Source: Phoronis australis (lineage: Eukaryota; Animalia; Phoronida). Taken from it: a stretch of 64,000 bases of DNA. The stretch covers positions 563,393 to 627,392 of the forward strand of contig NMRA01000087.1 in assembly GCA_002633005.1 (NCBI GenBank). The letters are read 5' to 3'. This document shows, in pieces, positions 12,561 through 25,590 of the stretch. The notes beneath the pieces were generated by a model. That model was given only the letters and a program-made list of their open reading frames with translations. It had not been told where the DNA came from and searched no databases. The position numbers and the translations under genes were made by a program. Every line of letters starts with the position of its first letter. Positions within the stretch are counted from its first letter, which is position 1.

Positions 12561-14750
12561 AAAGTGCGCCAAGTTTTATCAATAAGATGCATAAAATACA
12601 TTATGAGCAACTACTAGGAATCAAAACGTGTCTGGAGAGCAGTTTTCAAATCTGATATTTTGCACAGTATTCTTTTGGTCTCAAGACAGATAAGGCCAGC
12701 TTATTTGTATAGCTATTGACTCTCGGTGTACTTCTGGTTTCTCGGCGACCATGGTTTTTACCATAGCGTGCTTTGTAAAGCTATCTATTGACCAACCAGT
12801 ACTTTTTGGTTTCACCACAGATCGAGTATTTTTGTAGCGATATTGGTTCTCATCACACTTCTGGTCCCTCAGCGCACTAGCCACAATGTGCTTTGTTAAA
12901 CTATTCACCTCAGACAGTTCTTTTTGGTCCCGTGACAGGTCGATTATTTTTATAGGGATAATAAGCGTAGGTGTTCTTTTGGTCTCGCGACGGACGAGAC
13001 CAGATCATTTGTGTTTGCATGTGGTCCCTCTGCGATCTGGTTTCTATATATTTCACCTCGGTGTACACCATGTTTTGTTTCAGTGAAAACGTTTTCGCGT
13101 TATTTGTTTCCTGACGTTTTTCAACTGTTGGTGCGCACGGTAGCCCAACAATCAACGTGATTCAGCTTAATGAAGTGATATTTAAGTGCTTATTGTCGCT
13201 TTTAATAATAGAATATGCGCGGAGATCACCACCGTTCGTCAGTTTTTCTCGTAAGCAGACCGAACATGTGTTTATTTCCGGTCACGCCAATTCCGGTCTT
13301 CCTCTTCCTCTTCCTTAAAGATATAGAGCCTGCTTTCACGCGATCATCTGATGATCAAGTTTTGGGGTTTTTGCGGTGGCCCTTTTCTTAAACATTGAGT
13401 AGTTGTCTAAACCACTGTGTACACACTACACTTTTTGGTGTGCGACTTTTGGTACGCTCAAAATCGGTGCGTGTAAACAGATGTTTTACCAAAAATTTTG
13501 CTGGTGGCGTGATTCATACCCAAATGTGCACAAATATAGTTATACGAAACTTATGACTCGATTTCAAGAGACGAAATCGAGGAAGGGTTTAGATCATCTT
13601 AAGAAAATCTCCAGAGACACGTTAACTGCCCCAAGCTCTCCAGGATGTATGGAAATTGTTCTTTTTGGTAATAAAAAGCAAAATTTCTTTAATTACTCGG
13701 GAGGAGGCCTCCCTCCGCTTGGCGCTACGCGCCTCGGATTATCGCTTTGCACGAATCATGAACCCCCTTATTGGCAACGTAGATCAGCCACTGGAAATCG
13801 ATAAGGACTTTAAATCACCTTAAGAAAAGCTACAGAGACGCACTTACTGCCACAAACTTGTCAGGATGCTTGGAAAGTACACTACTTGGCTACAGAAACA
13901 AAAAAAAATCTTTGACACGGATGGGTGAAACCCCCCTTCCGACCTCCTCCCGCTCGGCGCTGCTCGCCTCGGATTAGCTTGAATCCTAACCCCCACCCCC
14001 TTACTGAAAACGTCTACCTTCCTTCTACTCTCGTTCTCTCGTCCACTGTAGACTAGTAGCAAAAATACACAAATATCGAATCTTAAATGTTACATATCGC
14101 CGACTTTATTAACAACTTAAAACGTTTAATTTAACCCACATCAAATGATATGATAAAACATTCGTAACACGACACAAATGTGTATTCGGGATGGCAATTC
14201 ATTTGCATACAATATACCAAGAAACTTTAATGTCGATTTTGTAAACAATCCTACTTGATTACGTTCTTTCTTTCGTAAAATTGACTTCAGGAGTCCCATA
14301 ACACATTTCAAGTTCAGCCTATTCTGAGGAGAATAATCTTCGTGTTGAAACCATTGTGAAGCACGATGTTTATTCATCAACCTCTCAGTTAACGCGGTGG
14401 GTCCTGGCAAACGTTTTTGAAAAGCTAGACTCTCAAGAATGGATAAAGGGTCTTTTGGGTTGCATTAGACACTGTAAATTAGTTTGAAGCAAGTTTCTTG
14501 TGCACGATAGATCAAACAGCATGACACTTTGCCTTCACAACTGAAGGAGTTGAATGTTTCCGCCAGACTACGCCAAGAGAACAGTACACCACTGCACGTC
14601 CAGTCGACGGTATACGGTCACCATCAGAGTACCATCTGCCGTTGTAGTAGCACATATATGGGGTAGTAGTTGTAATTGGTGGTGCTGGTGGTGCTGGTGG
14701 TGCTGGTGTGACCGTACATGTTATTCCAGTATTCATAACTATTCCATTAA

Positions 14751-17106
14751 GGTTATATCCAACTGAGTGGCCTCCATTCTAACTTGTATATAAAAAACTA
14801 AGCTTTGTCAACTACTAAAAGTATAAATTTTCTGAAAGAAAAATAGCAGGAAACTTGAAAATACTTTTTGTATTAATGTACCATAATTATTTTTACGTAA
14901 AAACTTTTTAAGTCAAAATTTTATTTTTAGGAAATGTACATTCATAGCAAAGTAACCCCTTGGTCGATTTTAATGAAACTTTTTTGAATGAAAACTTCAC
15001 CAACAATGCTGCTAGGAATTTTCGATTAGTCTTTTCGTTTGGTTTCTATGACAAATCAACTCGCAAAACGTAAGGTATCTTTGTAAAAAACGGAAGCCGT
15101 AGTCGGCTTTGTAATGTTACGAAAAAATAGGCCTTTATATGGAAAGTCCTAACAGCATTTTTGAGACTGGAAAGTTTCAGAGAAATCCACTGAGCCGTTT
15201 TCGAGAACTCGTGTTCCTAATTTCAAATGAAGCCAGGAAAAAGCTGATTAAACTGGGACGAATGAAAATTTCAAAGTCTTCGGTTCCTTATTTGGTGAAA
15301 GCTTGTTTTCGGTACACATAACCTATACAAGGTTTAAATATGATCGCTATTTCAACATTCACTCGCAATGTCAACTGATTTTTCAGTGCGTAATTAATTC
15401 AATTATCACTAAAACGTACCGTTTCCAGCTAACTTTTACTGCTATTTGCGACCATTTGACCTACTTTTATGTAAATAGGTCGCAATTCATTGTTATACAT
15501 GTAGCCTGTACAAGTCACGTGCTTGGAGACTGATACGAAACCAAGAAATTGATAAATAAATAAAAATCGAATCGGTGGTTAAAGCATGTCGTTAGCGTGA
15601 GATCGAAACATTGAAATGTCAATTTATCAATTGAATGAAGGAATTAGGGTGAGGATTTATCTCTTTTCACAATTTGCTGTTTTATGACCACAGAGACTTG
15701 AAGCGATCGTAGCATTTGTTCTCAACGCCAACGGTCGTATGCACGTAGACGCACAACTCCCTTAGGATCAAAACTAAGTTTTGTCTGTTTTCCCCGGCAC
15801 CATTCTACCATAAGTTTACCACCTCGTTTACTCTATGTTAGGCGATTTTGTGAATGAAAGGACTGAGGCTATACGAAGCTGTTCTGTACCTGGCAGGAGG
15901 TTCGATTTGATTGAAAGCCCTCTAACCTTTGACCTCGGATAAGTAGTAAACAAATATCCACGCGGTTGTGCGGTTCCAAGGTGGTTCTGTTAAATCTTTT
16001 TTTCTCGCTACGCAGTATATATTTTGTATTTGAAGTTTCACGAGAATGAAGATCAATATAGATTATTACATGGCGAAGTCGTTATCCCCCGTTATCTAGA
16101 GTCCCAGTAGATTTTGGAGAATTATCGCCCGAGGGGTGTTAGCCCCGAGGGTGATAATTCTACAAAATCCACGAGGGTTCTAGATAAGGGGGATAACGAC
16201 TAAGAACAAGTAATAATCTATTTATACCACATACTGAACGAGAAACATTGCAATGAATCGATCTACCTTTCTCGACACGGTTTTATAACACAATATTAGC
16301 CTCGAATGGCAGATACAACCCATAAAGTTATGTCACTAGTGAGATAACATTTTAGCGGGAAACCGAGGCCGGATTCGAACCCGGCCCTCAGCAGTTGCGA
16401 GTTGCCGACTTTACGTCATCGAACGTGAAAATAGAGTACTTAAAATGAGCACGCGCAACAATCGCATGTTCAGCAAAGGGCATTGCACAGACATTACGCT
16501 ATGAAAAATAAGACGAATAATTTCCATAAAAACGATATTTTAATTCAGTGAAATTTTTCTCTCGTGTTCTCTCACTTGTAAATCACCGATCTCCAATTTG
16601 AATGCAGGTGTCGTGTGGTCGGGATCCTTTGACTTGAGCATTATACTCAGTTTCTAGTGGCAACCTACTTTAGCAGACGATATATTCCCGGTCGAAGCTT
16701 AGCGTGATAAAATGTGTAGTAAGCTATAATAGTTGCTGAACCTTAATTCATAGATTCACTTTATTTCTATTTTGTTTTAATTTTCAATTGGTTTTGAGTA
16801 AACGCATTATTTTACAAAAATATCTCGGCTTTTCTTAAAAGGTCACGACCTCCGACCCCGGACCTCTGACATAGAAAGTAGTTACAAAGCCGAGTCGAGA
16901 AAGGTAGATCGATTCATTGCAATGTTTCTCGTTCAGTACGTGGTATAAATAACGCCCCTCGGGCGATAATTCTCTAAAATCCACTTCGCCATGTAATAAT
17001 CTATATGTATCTGCCATTCGAGGCTAATATTGTGGTATAAGGTATTTTACTAGACACACGTGAAATATTGTAAAAATGGCCATTTTTAATAAGGTTGGAG
17101 ATAACT
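14751..17106. mobile_element. Non-autonomous Kolobok-like DNA transposon
   Basis: TTAA at 14747-14750 and 17107-17110. TIRs GGTTATATCCAAC / GTTGGAGATAACT give RR...YY termini as in Kolobok (piggyBac is YY...RR). The empty TTAA site is visible in the paralogue near 42826. Confidence 0.8.
16056..17006 (-). mobile_element. Foldback non-autonomous DNA element with tRNA-like cassette, copy A (nested in the Kolobok-like element)
   Basis: Perfect 24-bp terminal inverted match ATATAGATTATTACATGGCGAAGT (16056-16079 / 16983-17006). A second inverted pair lies at ~16219-16276 / 16895-16951, with a ~160-bp hairpin at 16059-16221. B-box GGTTCGAATCC on the minus strand near 16371-16381. Confidence 0.75.
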
Positions 17107-18894
17107 TTAAAGCACACTTTTCGTCGACATTCTTGGGTGTTCACAATGGCTCCGTTAGACTACCACTTTTGGTTGTAGAAGCATCCTAAAGAGGTCGTTC
17201 TCATAGTTGTTGGTCTCATTGTACTTCCTGTACAATCTACCTGTACGCCATCCTTTAAGACCCATTGGTTCTGTTCGTTATAATATTTCGGACACCTAAG
17301 GTCGTCTCTTTCGAAGCCTAGTGGATGCAGTTTTCCTTTGTAATATCCTGGGGCATGTCGTGTTGATGGTGGCAACGACTTAGTGTAGCAAAATGACGCT
17401 ATAAGACTCAAGGAGACTAACAAGCCATAAAGTTGTATGAATCTAGTGTTTCGCGTAGTCTTTCACCACCAGCTTTATATATAAGACCCTGTCTGATTTC
17501 ACGCTGAAGTCACATCAAAGTTCCTGGGTGTGCGTGCGTGTGTCGAGATAAAATGAAGGAGTGTTGTTGTCGCTTAAAAAGAAAAAATGCGACGTTTCAA
17601 GAGTTTGTGCTGCAATTCTCCATTCGACTTAAATAAAACAAAAAATAACGCAGTTGGACGCTTCTGAGTGTTACGTCTCCCGTTCGTCCAAAAACGCTGT
17701 TGGGCCGTTTTTTATGTTGCGGCGAACACTTTACGCGTGCTCTTTGTCCAACTTTTTATCTGTAACCCACGATTTTCATTCCATTTGTCTCGTTCTTTCA
17801 TTCTCGAATGTTGACAACTATGCCACAGGTGTTCAAAATAACATTGGCTCTTTTTCATGAATATTGTTATTTTCCAGAGGCCACTTTTTGTAGTAACATA
17901 ATAATGGTAAAGAAGTGTTCCAATGTCTCTTTCTTACGGTAACGCCCATAGCATTTATAAGAATCACCAATTTTATTTTTTTCTCTCTGAACAAATGAAT
18001 TTATTTATATACTACGATGGAAAGTCTTATACTGCAATCTATGTACTGATCTATCCACACTACATGTCAAAGCTACTCAATAGATGTTTGCTCATTTTTA
18101 TCCATCAAAAAGCATTTATCTGCAAATTTCAGAAAAGGTAAGTGGAGTAATTAGTTTATCACATTTTTCGTAAATGGCACTGTATCTTGAAATTTTATTG
18201 AAGAACTGTATCAAACGGCACCAATGGACCATTTAATATATAAAGATGCCTTTTTGGATGAACGCCTGACTTAATTCTTCACAGCAACTGGTCGATAGTC
18301 TAAATCTTGATAGGAACATGATTTGAATCATTGAAATTATTTCCCAGCTGGTCTAACAAGTCATTTACATAACCTCTCTGGTTCAGTTCCTTTTTGAGAT
18401 TAGTATGACGTCCTGTCATTTTTCATATTTTGGAAGCACTCTCGGTTTTCAGAATTAAAAAATATGCAAAATTAGAATTATTTATCAATTAAATTTTTTA
18501 TCGTTTGCTTTTGGTAAAATCATACACCAACACGAAGGGTTATCTAATGATATGACTAATAAACAATTCGATTGAAAAATAGAGCAGTTGTGAAACGTTA
18601 TAGTGGTAGTTAATTCCATAGCAAGAACTAACACCGGAACAAACGAATGCAAACAAATGCCACGCATGCGCGGCGCAACCTCACCAGAGCGAAATTGAAG
18701 CTGGCATTCCAGACATAGAGTCTATGGTTAAAAAAGGACACACTACTAAAACATGGAATTTATTTTCAACAACATTAAAGTCACAACAAGTACACACCCT
18801 TTGTAAAGGTACAGTGCCCTTTCTCTTTATTTACCAATTACATCAGTATAGCTCGGTAGCAGCCCTTGGTTAATACAAACTTCGTTGAAAACAC

Positions 18895-20305
18895 GACTTA
18901 ACTTTTTTGTTTGAAAGCTTGATTCAGAGTGCCTCATAGTGTCGAAACAATCTCCTTTCTTCAGTTGTGCAGCTATGTAGCAAAACACCGATAGACATAA
19001 CAAACAAACACACTAATACACAAGATTCGGAAAACTTCATGTCTCGTCATCAGGTAATAAGTGGAATGAACATACACGAAGCGCGATAAATAAAGAAATT
19101 CACGTGATAGCGTGAAGAGGGGCATACAAGCCGGAAGTGTAAATGCAACACACGACAGAAAGCTCACAGCTCATCGAAAAAGAGTCAGCGTGCGGTACAC
19201 ACCCGTGCAGCTGCTCACTCAACACGGGTTTTTCGTGACTGATCGATAGCGACTCCAAAATCTTTAGCCGAAATGCGTCATTACCAACTTAGCGAATGAT
19301 GGTATTGTCTACTGTTTCTTACTTAGTTATTTGTCGGCCATGTTGGTGTACAAAGTGATCTTGAATGGACCCACCCTGCAAGTGCAAGGACAACCGTCGC
19401 CAGAGAGAACACACCGTGTGTCCAATGTAACGCTGGTCACGAGAATGAGGACGAAGACATACGTCCATATGACAAGTGAATTGATCAGCAACATTACATT
19501 TAACCACTGGTCGAAATCTTTCACGACTGGCGTTGTTTTTCATGACAAGGCGATGTAAGTTTATAATATGATAATAAATAACTACAATTCATCTAACACC
19601 AGGGATGACACTTTGACGTATATCTCTTGCAATCTTCTTAAGCACAAGTTCGTCACTCAGACAATTATTAGACATACAGTTTTTATGATACAGACGTTCT
19701 TGTTGGTACTAGTACGAGGTTCAGTGTCAACATCAGAGTCACTCCAAGATATGCTACACCTAAAGTGGTTATCAACAAAAGAATTAGTATACCCGTTGTT
19801 AACGAGAACTTGTTTTATGCGTTGGACATCAACAATGAGTGCATCCCAACATGGCCGAGAAAACAAATAGGCAAGAAGTAGTAGACAATGCCATCATTCG
19901 CTATGTTGAAAATGACCCATTTCGACTAAAGATTTTGGAATTGCACATGATCAGTCACGAAAAACTTGTGATGAATGGGCAGCTCACAGGTGTGTACTGA
20001 ACGCTGGCCCTGTCTCGATAGCCTGTGGGCTTCCTACCGTGAGTTGCATTCACACTGCCTTCTTGTATGACCATCTTCCCGCTATCACGCCTATTTCGCT
20101 GTTTATTTCGTTTCGCATATGTTCATTCCACTTATTGCCTGATGATAAGACATGCAGTCTCTAACTATAGCTAGTGTTTTAATGTGTTTTTTTTGTTAAG
20201 TATCTCGGTGCTTTGTTTCATAGCTGCACACCTGAAGAAAGGAGCTTGTTCAGACACTACGAGTGACTCTATATCAAGTTTTCAAACATAAATTTAGCCT
20301 AACTT
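18895..20305 (-). mobile_element. Penelope-like element remnant (RT C-terminus plus GIY-YIG) between inverted pLTR-like repeats
   Basis: WDALIVDVQRIKQVLVNNGY (RT thumb/HTH region) and NVADQFTC...YIGHT...LWRRLSLH...GSIQDH (GIY-YIG). 18895-19320 and 19874-20305 are reverse complements of each other. Confidence 0.8.
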
Positions 20306-21328
20306 ATTATGTACACTAAAACTGATCGAATGTTTCTGAGTATGTCCAATTTCGAACAAAGTTTTAAACATGAAATACATAATATTCAATAACTGGGGCA
20401 TTCTTTAACAAACGATATAAATCAAAACTAATCTCCTCCAAGGGTTCTCCATTCTAATATTGGTATACTAAGTCTTTACACCTATTTCAAAATTCGTTTA
20501 CAAAAATCTCCTCGGTCACCTACTTGTTGCTTAATACATACAATCTCAAAACATGTTGAGCACAGGTGTTATTTTTAAACCCCTATCTATCAGTCAATGA
20601 GCCCGCAATGGCGGTTGACCTAATTCCCTCCCGTTGATGCATTAGTTCTTTGTCAAGGAACCCTAACAAAAATTTTAAATATTAATGTCCTTGCCTGCAT
20701 GAAATCCACAGATATCACGGGAGAATCGGTAAGGTTTTAACGTCGAACAGTCTCTATTACAGTGTCCCTAGTTTTCATATGTCTCTTCAAAACAAATGTT
20801 TTAATCACCAGTAAATTTAATCTTTTTATGCTTTAACAGTCACATAAAAAGTCTGAAATGTAGTTTCCTAAAATTTCTACGTCATTGAAACTGTCGCTAT
20901 CAGGCGAACTATGCGGCTGTGAATAGGCACAACCTACAACAACGTCAGGTGTGTAAATTTCGGGCTATACGTTGCTTACTTCGCGTTATATTTCGATCTT
21001 CTAAGTCTTGGGATGAGATCACTTTTTCACGAAAATTGTAACGCACTCTCATAGTTTCCATGTAATGGAATACCTCAGGTTGACGAGAAAACAGTCTAAT
21101 CTTCTACCATACTTTGTCAAATTTGGGTGTTCCTCGTTGGAATTATTCTACTACCAGCTGCTTCGTTTGGGCCATACTAGACATTTGAATTCTCCAGTCC
21201 TGGGGTTGCTGGTCGTGGGTCATGTCAGTTTACAGAATGGTTTCGGTGATAGTTTGCTTCACAACTTCACCACCTTCACCAATGTTTTTAGCAGTTGTTC
21301 CTGGTCAACGCCAGGTTAACATTAGAGG

Positions 21329-22312
21329 TTAATGTGACGACGCCGCTGTTCTGGCATGTCTTCGGAATATCATACGCAACACCATCTTGACGGATTTTCG
21401 TATCTCGGAGTAGGAATACGTGTATATGAGTGGATTGAACGCCGAATTGACGTAGGTGATGTTCACGAAGACGTAATCAATGTACTGAATGGTAGGTGTG
21501 TAGTTTTGTGTTATCGGTAACGCCTTGAAGACAGCGGTAGGCATCATGCACGCAGTAAACGTGCCCAGAATTAAGAAAGTTCCCTTTGCAATTTTGATTT
21601 TATTCAAGACTGCGGCGTTAGTGGGAGCTACCGCATTTCGCGATCGGCATGCCTTGTAGGCGACATATCCGTGACAAATATAGCTGACGGACAATGTTAC
21701 GACACCAAAAATTATCGAAATGACGAGTCTCATGTTTTTGGGCACCATGTTGTAAGTACAGTTCTCCGTGAAGGGGTTGTAAGGCGAGTCAGCGATTACT
21801 GGGATCAGGCACGAGGCACCAAGAACACTGATACTCACGATGCAACCGACAATAACATACAAAGCGTTTCTTTCAGGACTTGAAGCTGTATGGTGAAAAA
21901 GAGGGAAAGCTATGCTGACAAATCGGTCCAGAGAAATAAGCATGATGAAGACATAGGAGCAAAGTAATGGTATTACATTGATAAAAACGAGGAACATACA
22001 ACCTCCCATAGTCGAGTCCAACCCACTCGGTGTTCCACTTTCTGCCCACAACACCCGAACAACAATCTTACGCCATATGTCGGTGGGTATGACCACCGCT
22101 CCGACCAGAAAGTCGGTTACTGCAAGGCCAACTGTGAAAACATTGTAAGACTTTTTCCAGAGTTTATTCTTGAAAATGCAGTAAATCGTCAATCCGTTGC
22201 TGAATGATATGTAAAAAATCCAAAGTACTTGTAGAGCGACAACCGTTCCTTTAAAATACATAGATACTCGATTGTCAAGAAACCAAACAGTTGCTTTTTC
22301 TGACGAATTCAT
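21329..22312 (-). CDS. Intronless rhodopsin-like (class A) orphan GPCR, 327 aa from the first ATG
   Basis: Seven hydrophobic segments, LAVTD (TM2), C3.25, DRF (TM3), an ECL2 Cys, FTACMMP (TM6), NPLIY (TM7), and an N-terminal NSS sequon. The ORF track starts at TTG 22321; the first ATG is at 22312. Confidence 0.93.
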   Translation of the reverse strand: MNSSEKATVWFLDNRVSMYFKGTVVALQVLWIFYISFSNGLTIYCIFKNKLWKKSYNVFTVGLAVTDFLVGAVVIPTDIWRKIVVRVLWAESGTPSGLDSTMGGCMFLVFINVIPLLCSYVFIMLISLDRFVSIAFPLFHHTASSPERNALYVIVGCIVSISVLGASCLIPVIADSPYNPFTENCTYNMVPKNMRLVISIIFGVVTLSVSYICHGYVAYKACRSRNAVAPTNAAVLNKIKIAKGTFLILGTFTACMMPTAVFKALPITQNYTPTIQYIDYVFVNITYVNSAFNPLIYTYSYSEIRKSVKMVLRMIFRRHARTAASSH

Positions 22313-24889
22313 GGTTGCCAAAGTAGCACACTCTATTCCTGGAAAGGAATCAGAAAACGACTCCGCTGATAAATTGTCTTATGGTGTGTAATTGTGACTC
22401 CAGTCTATGCGATGTGTGTTCTTCCTGTAACTTTCCAACACATCTGCTATATTCTAAGACTGACTCAATTTTATGCAGTGGTATGCGTTACGTGAATAAT
22501 AAAACCGTACACCATTGGCTGGCTTATACAGGTAAGTTGTACATCATTTGAAGAAATCAGCCGACAGCGCTTCACCCAAACCGTGTCGCTTAGCACCTTA
22601 ACAGAAGAGGTGACGTTGTTCTGTGCTTTTGATGGATATGCACGTCATAGGGATGGCGTCATCCGCCCACGGGATACCGCATTCAGGGTCGACCTATTTC
22701 CATCAGAACCGTCTCTTTTTATACAGTAAAATATAACGTCGTTATATGAATTTATTAGCCACGCTAAGGATCGATTACTACATCATAATCATGTTTTCAT
22801 GAAAATGACGAGATTTGCGGATATACACTACCACTGAGATTAAAGGAGGAGAATCGAACTTAAGAGGTTTATGATGAGCAAAGAGGTGCACCACATTGGT
22901 CGGAGATGAAGTGAGGCGAGCTGCCAGTAAACTGTGCAGAATTTAACTGCGAAAATAGTCCAGCGTGAGAATCAAAACGGCAAAACATCACACTTGCCAT
23001 AAACAATTCCACTAAACGATTTACAACACACATCACGAATTTTTGCCGACCGGTCGGAAATTGGTCGACGACCGGTCGTCTAGCCGACTAGGAGCTGTCT
23101 GCTGAGTCGCCTCTGCGGTCGGCACTTGGGTCGGCAAAGTGGTCACCTAGTGTAGACGACCAATTCGGATTAAGCGTGTCCATGGTCGGCAATTACCATT
23201 TTATGACTTCGCGGGTGAACTTTGGTCAAATAAACATTTAACTGTTCGCTGTTCGTTCTCCAGTGGCAACTCCGGTCTTGACATCGGTTTTTCAACTTTT
23301 GTTCAACTGTTGAAAGGATTTAAAATGAAAACAACCTACAAATACCATACGTACCCAGGCTGATCCGCGGGAAATTTTGTCGATACAGTCCTGGATTAAA
23401 ACGAAAAGCAATAAACTTTAATTGGCCTTTTTTACTAACAGGAACACTATTAAACGAATTTGGATTTTTGGTGGTACTTACTGTACATGTATTTGAGATA
23501 TACGTGTAAAAGGTATTTTTTGCATATTCAAGTACCGCGGAAAATATAACTGTGAAGCGACTCCAACCAACAACACGTGTCCGTCATTTTTTGCAGCCCC
23601 ATGTATGTAGAGTAGACATAGTTAAAATGATGGCGTATCAAGTCGGCAAGCGATCGATGAACAGGGCCTGTGGTGCTCTGCAGTGGTCAGACAGTCTAGT
23701 GAGAGTGGTTTTGTTGTTTGTTTTAATGGGTGGAATTGAGATTGCGACCGGGAAGTGCAAGTCTGTTAGATCAGACCGCCTGTGCTTCAATTAGAGGAAC
23801 GTCAGAGACGCCAAGTATAACAGACTCACACTCTATTTGATTATTTTATTCTAATTGGTATTGACATTTTTGTAAGGTAAGCACTACATTTAACGGTACC
23901 GTAAATGCTTACCGTAATACGAAGTACGTCCTTCGGTGGACCTCCGTACCCTTTCGCCTTCCTGTTACACCAGAGACCTAAATAGTTGGTTAGGCTTTGC
24001 ACTCGGCCATGGTAAGATATAGCGGTCCTACATTAAACTGTCATAATTTCGTCATTTTAGAGCCTAAAACCATAATTCTGGTATCCACGTGTTCAGAAGA
24101 CATGCAAAATTTATTTTTGGGTGGTATTATTTTGTAATTTGGCCGGTTACACATGTGACTAGTCTTGAAGATCTGTGAAATGGCATCATAATCCTATTGA
24201 AAGGTGTTTATTGATTTACCAATAGTGAGATTTATGGCACTCTGACATAAATCCTATTATTTGGGCAAATAACACTTTACACCCCTTCATGCTTCATATC
24301 CAACTCCTAGTTAGTTTCTACTTAGTCCGATGGTAGCGCTGTTTGTTCATTCTCTCCAGCTTCCTGTTGGCCCAGCCTCAAGCAACAGTATATTCATTCG
24401 TAAATTTTCCCAATTAAACAATTTGATACCTCTCCCACCCTCCCTACCCTGGGTTCCACAAAATCTCAATTCAGCCGATTTATACCTTTCCCACGCTCCC
24501 TGCCTTTTGTCAAACAATATCTGCAGTTGGTTATTATTGTTATTGCAGTCACTGCTGGTACCTCCTTCAAGCCCGGATCGTGTTACAAAGATGTCATTGG
24601 CTAGCGACCAGACCTGTACTCGAGCGTCCATTACTGCAGCTTGCCTCTCTCCACCCCGGTCCCAGGTCTCAGCACATACTGAGCCACAACACCACGTTGA
24701 TCCTTACAATATCTTTTTTATCACTCCGGCTGGTCTGCTCAGCTTGTCCGGAACCTGCTTTGCAGGTTGTTATAGCCCAGTTGGCTGTTTGTTATACCTT
24801 TTTAATCTTCTATATTTCTTCATGGTGTATCATTGTTATTGCCCGGGTTACGCTTCCTCGGATGGGCCATGTCAGTATTCCCGTACTGC

Positions 24890-25590
24890 CATGATGGCGT
24901 TTCTTCTATGCCCATCTTGCAGAGTCTTATTTAGTTCTTCTAGTTACGTCGTAAAAAATGACATTAATGTCAATACTTATCTTGTTTTACTCTGCAACAT
25001 AGCTCGTGGCGTACCCCGGGCAAAATAGTTTACGATAACTCAAATTTAACTTGTTAAATGCATTTATCGTCATTATTTTGACATTTGTCACTTTATTTTT
25101 TGTATCAACCCTTAAGGTTTTTTTGCAATACTCGTCTCTATAGTCTCAAGGTTCTACGCTTGCATTCATGCATTCCTCTCCTCGACACCTGTTTGATCAC
25201 TCATATTTCTTATGTTCAGTCTAGCTCATTCAGACACTTACGTCGTCGTCTACAAGACCGGGTGTCTGTTCATTTTTTTTGTTTTTCTCGTTATACATTA
25301 TACCTGTTAGGGCTTTTGTAAGTTTTTTTTTTGTTTATAATGTGTACTTTTTCTTTAGGCCCTTCAGGCAATTCTTTTGTCTTTTGTTTTAGTTCCAACA
25401 TTAAGAGCTATTCGTTGTACACACCAGTGCCGTTTTTTTCCTTGCCCATCTTGCAAAGTCTTTTTTAGTTCTTCTACTTACGTCATAATAAATGACATTA
25501 TTCTCAATCCTCATCTAGTTTTACTGTGCAACATAGTTCGTGGCGTACCCCGGGCAAAACAGATTACGATAAATACACAAAACTTACCGA
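24890..25590. repeat. Local direct duplication (~160 bp: 24890-25050 and 25430-25590)
   Basis: Both copies contain TGCCCATCTTGCA...AATGACATTA...CGTGGCGTACCCCGGGCAAAA. Confidence 0.8.

Larger units (their letters stand above)
4418..13793 (+). mobile_element. Degenerate hAT DNA transposon, copy 1 (left end missing, two nested LINEs)
   Basis: Colinear with 29180-32262 once the LINEs are removed. The right TIR GTAGATCAGCCACTG (13779-13793) matches the reverse complement of CAGTGACGGATCTAC at 29039 with 2 mismatches. A duplicated subterminal block follows (13794-14012). Confidence 0.75.
14512..17438 (-). pseudogene. Pseudogene paralogue of the 189-aa secreted Cys-module protein, split by a transposon
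   Basis: 17111-17438 and 14512-14750 align to 42585-43154. The start ATG has become ATA (17436-17438), there is an in-frame TAG at 17160, internal deletions, and a 2.36-kb insertion at TTAA. Confidence 0.9.

Noticed and set aside
12681-13400. Second gene inside the hAT (minus-strand ORFs, paralogue 31511-32260)
   Set aside because: Frames are broken differently in the two copies and I recognise no domain.
14751-17106. piggyBac assignment, or an intron of an intact gene
   Set aside because: Termini are GG...CT rather than CC...GG, there are no GT-AG ends on the gene's strand, and the host frame has other lesions.
21329-22312. Opsin or biogenic-amine receptor call
   Set aside because: No Lys at 7.43 and no Asp at 3.32.
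23962-24587. Possible solo LTR (TGTTAC...TGTTACA)
   Set aside because: No TSD, primer-binding site or polypurine tract, and no second copy in the window.
24330-25028. 232-aa ORF
   Set aside because: No recognisable domain, low-complexity composition, and it runs across locally duplicated repeat sequence.
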